Assembly: GCA_011364985.1 (NCBI GenBank)
Contig: RDOC01000001.1
Location: 4,271-68,270, forward strand
DNA length: 64,000 nucleotides
DNA from: Candidatus Thorarchaeota archaeon
Lineage (GTDB): Archaea > Asgardarchaeota > Thorarchaeia > Thorarchaeales > Thorarchaeaceae
Direction: 5' to 3'
Position 1 is the first letter of the stretch, and the number at the start of each line of letters is the position of its first letter. Shown here piece by piece: positions 34,241 to 43,200 of this stretch. Both the position numbers and the translations under genes were made by a program. The notes below the pieces were generated by a model, which had not been told where the DNA came from, searched no databases, and saw only the letters and a program-made list of their open reading frames with translations.

Positions 34241-34587
34241 TGGCTTATTTAGATATTCTCAAAAAAAGGAGAAGGAATTTCCTCTTCCAGAAATATCCGA
34301 GATGTCATCAATAGCTTTCTCAGGAAACTGAATCCACTTCAAGACGAGCTGGATAATCAATGCTAGTATGTGTAGAATCTTGACAGATCATACCTCCAGT
34401 TCCTGCTTGGCAAACGAGCACAACCCCAAATTATTTCACATTACTATAAGAGGTTCCAAAGTAATGTTCAAGGGTGCCGGAGAAGCTCTTGTGTGCTGTT
34501 GGTGATTTTGAATACAGGGAACCATTGACATCACCATGCTTCAAAGGGTTCTTAAGAAAGCAATTGAGACCACGCCAAGAGTCGAGT

Positions 34588-35979
34588 ATGATAGAGAATG
34601 CCAGTCGCGATGCTGTAAAAAGAGCCGCTGCATTATCGGTCCTTGCAGCTTTGTTCCTTGCTCTGGCCAAACTAATAGTGGGTATTCTGTCCAATTCCAT
34701 AGGCATTATCTCTGAAGCATTGCACAGCGGACTGGACTTTGTAGCTGCTGGTATCACATTCATTGCAGTGCGAAGCGCTTCAAAAGAACCAGATGAGGAC
34801 CATCAATTTGGCCATGGAAAAATCGAAAACTTCTCTGCACTTGTTGAAACCATAATTCTATGGATCACCTGTATCTGGATTGCTTGGGAGGCACTAAGGA
34901 GGATTCAATTTCAGGAATGGGCAGAGCCAACTCTTGTCGGAATTGGGCTGATGGCACTTGGCATCTTGGTCGATTACGAGCGAAGCAGAATGCTGTACAA
35001 GACAGCAGTAGAGCACAATAGTCAGGCACTCGAAGCCGATGCGCTTCATTTCAGTACTGACATGCTTAGTTCTGCGGTTGTTTTGGTCGGTCTTGGATTC
35101 GTTTGGTTCGGTTTTCCTTTGGCAGATCCATTGGCAGCACTCGGAGTGTGCTTAGTAATTCTCGTCGTCTCATATCGATTGGCCAGACGTGCATTTGATG
35201 CCCTCATAGATAGGGCACCAGAAGGTATCTACAAGGAAATCCAAGAAGTATGTGAAAGCGTGCCAGGTGTGTTGAATTGCAAGATGGCAAGAACCAGAGT
35301 TTCCGGACACCACACTTTCATGAACGTCGTGATCAGCGTCAGCAGAAATGCCTCCGTCGATGAAGCACATAATATTGCAGACTCCGTCGAATTCGCTCTC
35401 TCAAAGCTTGGCACCAATGTTGATGTCATGGTTCATATCGAGCCATCAGGAAAGAAAGACCAAGCATCAGAAGAGATTAGTGCATATAACATACTGAGGG
35501 ACTTGGTGAAGCTCCATCCCGAAGTGATTGGGGTGCATAACATTCGTATTCATGTAAGTCACCAGAAGATGCACATTGCTGCCGATCTGGAAATGCACTC
35601 TGCACTCACTTTGGGCGAGGCCCATGACGTATCGGACCACATCGAGAAAGGACTCGCCGAGAGAATTCCTAGACTGGAAAAAGTGACCTTTCATCTCGAG
35701 GATGGGGAGCCACAAGATCAGATTATTGACGTGACAGCGTTGCACAATGAGTTGGCAGAGGAGATCAAGCAGTTAGTGGAGTCCGAAACACCCGCCAGAG
35801 ATTGTCATGGAGTAGTCATAACGGATGATAATACAGGCTTGACAGTTTCACTTGACTGTCGCGTTGATCCTACTATGCCACTTGGAAAAAGCCATAATAT
35901 TGCCGAGCTTGTTGAATCGACAATAAAGAGCTCATTCAATAATGTAACCAAAGTCTTTGTTCACATTGAGCCCGAATAA
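34588..35979 (+). CDS. cation diffusion facilitator (CDF) transporter with three tandem C-terminal cytoplasmic domains
   Basis: The TMD shows SNSIGIISEALHSGLDFVAAG and HQFGHGKIE. Three consecutive ZT_dimer-like segments follow, each ending in H(I/L)E(P). The ATG is at 34588; the track start at 34474 is a non-ATG start in a non-hydrophobic leader. Confidence 0.85.
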   Translation: MIENASRDAVKRAAALSVLAALFLALAKLIVGILSNSIGIISEALHSGLDFVAAGITFIAVRSASKEPDEDHQFGHGKIENFSALVETIILWITCIWIAWEALRRIQFQEWAEPTLVGIGLMALGILVDYERSRMLYKTAVEHNSQALEADALHFSTDMLSSAVVLVGLGFVWFGFPLADPLAALGVCLVILVVSYRLARRAFDALIDRAPEGIYKEIQEVCESVPGVLNCKMARTRVSGHHTFMNVVISVSRNASVDEAHNIADSVEFALSKLGTNVDVMVHIEPSGKKDQASEEISAYNILRDLVKLHPEVIGVHNIRIHVSHQKMHIAADLEMHSALTLGEAHDVSDHIEKGLAERIPRLEKVTFHLEDGEPQDQIIDVTALHNELAEEIKQLVESETPARDCHGVVITDDNTGLTVSLDCRVDPTMPLGKSHNIAELVESTIKSSFNNVTKVFVHIEPE

Positions 35980-35997
35980 GAAAGAAGATGAGGAGTT

Positions 35998-36942
35998 TCA
36001 TCCTCTTCTTCTGCGAATGACAAATGCAAGAATAGCAACCACCACTCCTATTCCTGCAATTGTCGAAATGAGGAGAATTGTTGGAACTTTGGGCATTAGC
36101 CAGCTATTCCAAGGATCATTATTGATATCAACATCGTAAGAGACCAGTTTATCCCAACGATCGTCCTGCTGGGGATAGTAGTATTGAATTGCCCCAACGT
36201 TTGGAGCATACCAAACCCAGAAACTGACAAATCCATCGGGTGTGAGTTCCTCCTCGTGAATCATGATGCAATTCTCGAAGGTCCCGGCGGGAGTTGTCAC
36301 ATCTTCAATTGCCTCGATGGTATAGTTGGCTGAGAATGGCACATCTTGGATGACTGTTCCATCAGCCTTAAGGACAAGAGCACCAATTGTGGATCCATGA
36401 TGAGCTGCACCAACCTTCACTGGTTCAGTAACATAGTTTAGAGGACTGGAACATAGAATCTGGGCATTTGAATCTTCAAAGCCCCACCATAGGAGCGTAT
36501 CATCGCTCTTTGATAGCCACATCTGAGTGACCCATGTGTATTCGGTCTCTCCAGGCAACATGTGAGTCTCGCACCAATGAACCGTGAAGATTCCATATGG
36601 TCCGCCCAAGAACTCCCATTCTGGATCTATGATGCGTTGGGTCATCCAAGAGCCTTCATCATTGGTCGAGTTGTAGATGAGCGAGCTGCCCGGCGCAAGT
36701 GGGAAGTATTGCATTTCAAGAGCTGCAACAGGTGCTGTTGGTACCGATAAAGCAAGGACCAGCATGAAACTGGCTAGCGACAAAGAGAGAATTCTGTAGT
36801 GCATCGTTCGTTCACTGAGAATTCGGCGGGCATCAAAGCCAAGAAAAAGATTAGTCCTACGTATTCTTGGTTTCTTAGAAGAAGGAGTCATCTTGACATT
36901 GTCCTCTTGTATGGAGTACCTTCTATCCGTGCAGATTGCCAC
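35998..36942 (-). CDS. C-terminally anchored extracellular protein, function unknown
   Basis: A signal-like segment MHYRILSLSLASFMLVLALSV begins at Met47 (start 36804). The body looks beta-rich. The C-terminus is a TM helix followed by RRRRG. Confidence 0.55.
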   Translation of the reverse strand: MAICTDRRYSIQEDNVKMTPSSKKPRIRRTNLFLGFDARRILSERTMHYRILSLSLASFMLVLALSVPTAPVAALEMQYFPLAPGSSLIYNSTNDEGSWMTQRIIDPEWEFLGGPYGIFTVHWCETHMLPGETEYTWVTQMWLSKSDDTLLWWGFEDSNAQILCSSPLNYVTEPVKVGAAHHGSTIGALVLKADGTVIQDVPFSANYTIEAIEDVTTPAGTFENCIMIHEEELTPDGFVSFWVWYAPNVGAIQYYYPQQDDRWDKLVSYDVDINNDPWNSWLMPKVPTILLISTIAGIGVVVAILAFVIRRRRG

Positions 36943-36960
36943 AAAGACGATAAGTCAGGA

Positions 36961-38061
36961 CTACTTCTCTAGATCATCAAGCCAAGTCGCAGTTTTGTCT
37001 ACCGCACGTGAGATAATGCGACCGGCATCTCTTGGATTCTTTGCCTGATGGTACTTGAAGAGGAATCGTCCATTCATGATTCCCAAAATCTCGATCTTCC
37101 CGGACTCATGAGACATTATGAATCTGAATCTCTTGCTATGTCCATGGAGATGCTTCTTTGCCTCTTCAACTATTCTATACCCCATGTAAAGGGGAACTTG
37201 AAAGGTCGCTTTGACTCTGGCAACAGGACGACACTGAAATACGTAGTAGGGGTTCACTCCTATTCTTACAAGAGTGTTCTGTAGATTTGCCAACACCTCA
37301 GCATCATCATTCACGCCTTTTAGGAGGACAGTCTGGTTATTTACGGCTAGACCGGAGGCCATCAGTCCTTCAATTGCTTGAATTGACTCTTCAGTTATTT
37401 CCCTAGGATGATTATATTGTGTTACAATGAAAAGCCGTCTGTCTGTCCTGGAGTGTTCTTTCAGTACTTCCAGCAGCTTGTCATCATCCAGTATTCTCCC
37501 TGGGAAGGTAACAGGCACCCTCGTTCCGAATCTAATGAAATCTAGGTGTGCGACGCTTGAGAATGCTTCAAGCAGCTCTGCGATCCGATTCGTGTTCAAG
37601 GTAAAAGGATCTCCCCCGGTTATCAGAACGTTGTTTATCTCTTGGTGAGCTGAGATGTATTCTACAGCCGCGTCCAAATTCCTCAGTATCTCTTGACTGG
37701 GCAAACCGACCAGCCTTTTTCTGAAGCAATACCGGCAGTAGGTCGCACACTCAGCAGTAGCCAAGATCACTGCGGTTTGGCTATACTTGTGTTGTATTCC
37801 TGGCAAGATGGTATTAGAAACTTCACCGCTAGTGTCATAGGAACCATCTACACTTAGCTCGCCTTCAGTGGGAAGGGTCATTTTTCTAATTGGGTCCTCT
37901 GGATCGTTTTCATCGATTAGAGAGAGATAGTACTCGGACACTTTGATTGGATGAATCTCACTTAGCCGATTCAGCATTTCTTCCTCGGGTTCGCTAAGGG
38001 AAACTATTTCTCCTAATTCATCAACACTGGTCACGATTCCGTTTGAACCGAGTTCATTCAA
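36961..38061 (-). CDS. KamA-family radical SAM aminomutase (lysine 2,3-aminomutase-like)
   Basis: The radical SAM cluster motif is CATYCRYCFRKR. The N-terminal segment HPIKVSEYYLSLIDENDPEDPIRKMTLPT is typical of the KamA family. At 366 aa it is shorter than classical KamA. Confidence 0.8.
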   Translation of the reverse strand: MNELGSNGIVTSVDELGEIVSLSEPEEEMLNRLSEIHPIKVSEYYLSLIDENDPEDPIRKMTLPTEGELSVDGSYDTSGEVSNTILPGIQHKYSQTAVILATAECATYCRYCFRKRLVGLPSQEILRNLDAAVEYISAHQEINNVLITGGDPFTLNTNRIAELLEAFSSVAHLDFIRFGTRVPVTFPGRILDDDKLLEVLKEHSRTDRRLFIVTQYNHPREITEESIQAIEGLMASGLAVNNQTVLLKGVNDDAEVLANLQNTLVRIGVNPYYVFQCRPVARVKATFQVPLYMGYRIVEEAKKHLHGHSKRFRFIMSHESGKIEILGIMNGRFLFKYHQAKNPRDAGRIISRAVDKTATWLDDLEK

Positions 38062-38273
38062 GGACTCACATCCCTACGATCGAGAGTAGGTGGCTCCTGT
38101 GCTGTGGTCATTCTTGACATGATTTCCATATTACGCTCTAGGTCATACCACTCACTGATTGGAATCATTGCCGCTAGGCGTTTCCTATCATCTTTGAGTG
38201 AGGAATCCTCTTTCTCATTATTCTTGTCTTCTCTCATATTCTCATCTCTTTGGCAGTAGATATTCGACATCAC
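38058..38273 (-). CDS. small charged hypothetical protein overlapping the KamA-like start by 4 nt
   Basis: 71-aa ORF with a GTG/ATG start and Glu/Lys/Asp-rich composition. The overlap suggests translational coupling. No family recognised. Confidence 0.3.
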   Translation of the reverse strand: MMSNIYCQRDENMREDKNNEKEDSSLKDDRKRLAAMIPISEWYDLERNMEIMSRMTTAQEPPTLDRRDVSP

Positions 38274-38637
38274 ATGGTCAAGTAGGACGATTTGTTCTGC
38301 CGATTCTGCTAGTTCAATGTGCTCAGACTTTGGAGCTAGGCTCAGAGCTTTCTCATGCTCAACCCGTAACTCAGGTTATTCCTACTTATCGTCAGTCTAT
38401 TATATTCAATGACGAAATATAGCTTAAAAACTCTCCGTATCTATTAAAGACTCACAGCAGCAGCAATCAACCTGTCTGACGTCAATTGCAGGCTTCAATT
38501 AGATATAGCGATAAACGATGCATTTCTCCACATTATCAGAGAGTATTGCATTTGCCACCAAAAATGATTCCGTGAAAGAATGACATCGGTAACTTGTTAA
38601 TGACGATTGTGATGGTAGTATATAGGATGGAGGCGCA

Positions 38638-38829
38638 TTGACTAGTTGCGATGAATGTTTGAAAAAAGGATCTGTGGCAAGACCGGCGCAAACGTATCCG
38701 TGCGCTCTCTGTGGTCAGCACCGCTGTACAATTCACGCTGCTTGGGTTCCAGCTTATTTTTTCCAAAGTCCCACTGATTCTGTTGAGGCAGTACTCAGAG
38801 TACTCAAAGGTGAAGCAGAAAAGGGGTAG
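38638..38829 (+). CDS. putative small zinc-ribbon protein (possibly part of a broken gene)
   Basis: CDEC-N17-CALC pattern. The start is a TTG preceded by GGATGGAGG. The antisense 106-aa ORF looks non-protein-like. Confidence 0.3.
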   Translation: MTSCDECLKKGSVARPAQTYPCALCGQHRCTIHAAWVPAYFFQSPTDSVEAVLRVLKGEAEKG

Positions 38830-40218
38830 TACGCTTTTTGTGGTAGGCCCTCGCATATGCCTTGAGGAGTACTAATTCGACACGGAAGAGAGAGGAAAGG
38901 AGGAAAATCGTAGAGGCAATCCCAAACTATGAGCGGAAGGAGGGATTCGAGGAGTTTGAGATGTGGGAGATTGGAATTGTTGAAGATGGCTTTGAAGGAA
39001 GATGGAAGAAGACTCGCTATGAAATATCATGCGAGCTTGCTCCTGTAATCTCATTGGCAGATAGTCTCCAGCGCAAGAGGAAAATATAGTCCTCATTCCT
39101 TGACAGCCTTCACTCCATGGTTTTTCAGACACTGGCTTCAAAGAAGGTTACCTTGTTTCCTGCATCGAAGGAGGATTTGATGATTGGACTAGGAAAATCA
39201 CTATTCTTGAGCGAGGCTTGCAGTTTCATTTATTCGCGTTGTGGAGTAGTGGCCTGCACTAACACGTTGGAGCCATTCTATAATAGAGAAGTCCTCAATA
39301 GCCTGATGAATAAACTAGATTCAGTGATATCAATGTGATTACTCAAAGCAGAGAAGGCGATGACGCATGGCCACACCTGATGCCCTCCAGTGCGTAAAGC
39401 TGTTCACTCCCTATGGTTTGAATAGATTTAGCCGGCGTGTAATAGTTGACTATGGGCTACTATAAACGCCTCCAATTTCAAGCGGTCTTCGATGGGTTTT
39501 GACCATCTTTGGAAGTGAACCTGTATGCAATAGGATTGGGTATGTTCCAGTACTTGCTTATCTGAAAGGAAGGGAAATGGACACATTGGAATTCGCTTTC
39601 GTGTGGTCTGATTACTATCATTATAGGACAGCACACAAAAGTCGCGAAACGGAAGGTCTATGGCAAGAAGGAAAAGGAGCTAGGTTCGTTGTGATGCATC
39701 TTTGGCACATATTATCGGAACGATCCCGAACAAACACTTGGCTTAGTATCCACACCTGATTGCTTTCTCGACCTATTCACCAATCATTTCTATGATCACA
39801 ATTACTCAGCATAGGTTCGGGTCTTAGACTGTAATGTTCACACGGTTCTTCGTCCTTGGTTGAGCAATCGTTGCACAGATGCTATTAGCAGAAGTCCTCT
39901 CTAATCCTAGAATGCTTGTGAGTGACAAGTGCCTTTCCAAGAATGTGCATTTGAACGATTGGTAATTCCTGAAACTCTGAAACCTCTTTAACGAAGATAC
40001 AAAGCTTGTCATAAGAACAAAGCCACATAACCCATTCGAAAACTACCCTGAAGAAGCAAGAATCTCTCAAGGCAACGGATTAGTCCATAGCAAGAAGCTC
40101 AAAAAGGGATTTTGTGGAATGAAGTTATACTGGGACCATATCCTACCATTCTACTGCCGGCAAGGGTTGTAGAACGGGGATCAAATCCGAGGATTCCTTC
40201 ACATATTCTCGGTGCGGG

Positions 40219-43200
40219 GTGCACAAGTTGCAAGAAGATGATTTGTGGAGCAAGGTACAAAGCAGTGAATTTGCTGAACTAATCACAGATGGAATCCTTT
40301 TTCTGGACCAATCACAGAAAATCGTTTATTCAAATCCCAATTTCGCGGTCATGATAGGACGGTCCCTTGAACACATTGTTGGAAAGAGGATAGATGAATT
40401 CATTCAGCCAGGAACAGAAAAGACCCTTGCTGCACTTATTCTTTCAACATCAATCAAAGAATCTGAAGGCGAACTTCTAACATGGATTCGAGCTGATGGG
40501 AAAACTACTCAGACAATCGCCAGATCGCTTCTAATCAAGACCCAAAGTGACACCGGCGCTAGTGTCTTCATGGTGATGCAAGAAGTACCTACTCTCAGCA
40601 ACATCCGATACACAGAAGCCGATGATTTCTATGTGAGAGCAATGGACATGTCGCCAGACATGATTCTGACACTGGATAAAAGTGGAACAATAACGTACTG
40701 CAATGATGCAGCCATTCAACAGACTGGATACGCCAGAAAGGAAATAGTTGGCAGGAGATTTACACTACTTGGCGTCTTGAAACTGGGGAATATGTCAAAC
40801 TACCTTAAGGTCTTCTCTGGAGTTCTACGAGGGGAAGTACCAGAACCCTTTGAGTTGCAATGGCAACAAAAAGATGGAGGTCTATTTCATTCCGAGGTTA
40901 TCGTTTCTCCTCTGAAGAAAGAGGAAAAAATAGCCGGAGTTATTGCCATTGCAAGAAACATCACTGAACGGAAACAGGCAGAGCAAGCACTCGCTGAGAG
41001 CGAAGAGCGATTTCGACTTCTCTATGAGAATCTATCAGACGGAGTATTTCGTAGTGACCTTCAAGGTATAATAACCATGTGCAGCCCAAAAGGAGCTCAA
41101 CTCTTTGGCTACACCTGTGAAGAGCTACTGGGCACGAACTTCGTTCAGCTCCTCCATCCGGATGACGCTGAATTCATCGTTCAGACATATAACAGGAGCT
41201 TTGAGGAATTGGAAACTGTGCCTGGAGGGATTGAGGCGAGGGGAACCAGAAAAGATGGTTTGACAATCTACTTCCACATCACAAACACGATTCTCATGGA
41301 GGAAGGCAAGCCAATCGGTTATCAATCGCTCATAAGAGATGTCACAGATCGTCGCATCGCTGAGGAAGTAATTCGTGCATCCGAACAGAAGTATAGAGAC
41401 TTATTCACGCATTCGCCAGTGTCAATTTGGGAAGAGGACTTCTCTGAGATAGGAATGTGGCTGCACGGTCTGAAGGAAAGAGGGATTAGTAATCTTGAGG
41501 GATACTTGGGAGAGAATCCCGAAGAACTTCGAAAAGCGTTCTCATTGCTTAAACTCAAGAATATGAACGATGCTGCCATGGAAATGTGCAAGGCTGATAG
41601 CAGAGAGCAACTTATCGGGAATACAGACAAGGTGTTTCTGGAGGAAACGTTTGAAGGATTCAAACGGGAGCTTCTCGCGATTTGGAATGGGCATCCAGAT
41701 AGCATGGTATTTGAAAGTACTGCAATGGATTTACATGGAAACCGATTGGCCACACAAATCACTTGGAAGGTACCAATATCGCAGGGCGCCATGGATCTTT
41801 CTGGAGTAATTGTCGTAATTGCAGACATAACAGACAGAGTGCGTGCAGAGGACGAACTTCGAAAATCCGAGGAACGGTACAGAACAATCATTCAATCTCT
41901 GGAAGATGTTGTGTTTGTCTATGATTCTCACAACAAGTATGCACAGGTATATGTGTCTGAGAGAAGTCTGGCCCTCGAACCTGCAGAAGAACTTCTTGGA
42001 AGGCCCATTGAGGAAGTTCTGCCTCCTGATATAGCAGAGATGCACACGGAGGCCTTTACGCGGGTTCGCCAATCAGGATCAGGAGAGCATATTGATTACG
42101 CACTTCAAATCGAAGGTGCACTTCATTGGTTTTCGGCGGCCTTGACCCTTCATGAAGACGGTATCAGCATTGTATCGCTTGTGAGGAACATCACAGCGAG
42201 AAAGGAAACAGAACAGGAACTTCGAGAGAACGAAGAACGCTTTACGCTGTTTGCAGACAATATCCCAGGTCCTGTTTTCATCAAGGATAACGAATCAAAC
42301 ATGCTCTATATCAATAAATACATGAAGGAAACTATTGGAATAGAGGATGGAATAGGGAAGAACACTGCCGAAGTCTTTCCATATAACATTGCTGAAGCAA
42401 TGATTAATGACGATAGGCGGGCAATGAATGAGGGACCGATTCACATAACTCAATTCATTCCTGATCGAAATGGCGAAACGCACGTTTACCAAACCTCAAA
42501 GTTTCCAATACGCAGAGAGAATAAGGCAGACCTCCTGGGAGGAATTGCCCTCGATGTCACTGAAAAGACAAAAGCAGAGGAAGCAATTAAGGAGTCAGAA
42601 AAGAAGTATCGCAGACTTTACGAGAGCATGGAAGACGGATTTGTAGGGGCAGACAATGATGGCAACTATATCGAGTTCAACCAGGCATATCTTGAGCTCT
42701 CTGGATATGAAGAGAATGAACTCAGAAATCTCAGCTGTTGGGATCTCACACCGACCAGATGGCATGAAATGGAAGAGAGAATCAACATAGACCAAGTTCT
42801 GGTTCGAGGGTATTCCGATCTCTATGAGAAGGAACTACGCCGAAAGGATGGAACTATTGTCCCTATTGAGATACGGGTGTATCTTTTAAAGAATGAAGAT
42901 GGCAGACCAACAGGAACCTGGGCAATCGTTCGTGATATTTCACTAAGAAAGCGTGCTGAAGAACAACTCCGAGAAGAACGTGATACAGCTCAGCGTTATC
43001 TCGATATTGCTGGTGCAGCAATCATTGTGATTGATGTAGATGGACGGATCCATCTCATGAATAGGAAGGGACTAGAGACCATAGGTTATGAGAATGAGGA
43101 GGTGCTTGGTAGAAACTGGATCGACCTTGTCATTCCCCGAAATGAATCGGAAACAGCGACAGAACTCTTTCATGAAATTCTCAAGGATGATAGTCCTGAT

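Noticed and set aside
39087-39089. In-frame TAG between two same-frame ORFs, considered as a possible pyrrolysine or read-through codon
   Set aside because: No Pyl machinery or methylamine methyltransferase context is visible in the window. The flanking ORFs have no family, and the chance of sharing a frame is one in three. A pseudogene or coincidence is more parsimonious.
41322-41891. 189-aa minus-strand ORF, with several others at 43170-44356, inside the giant kinase gene
   Set aside because: They are antisense shadows with Ser-rich low-complexity sequence.
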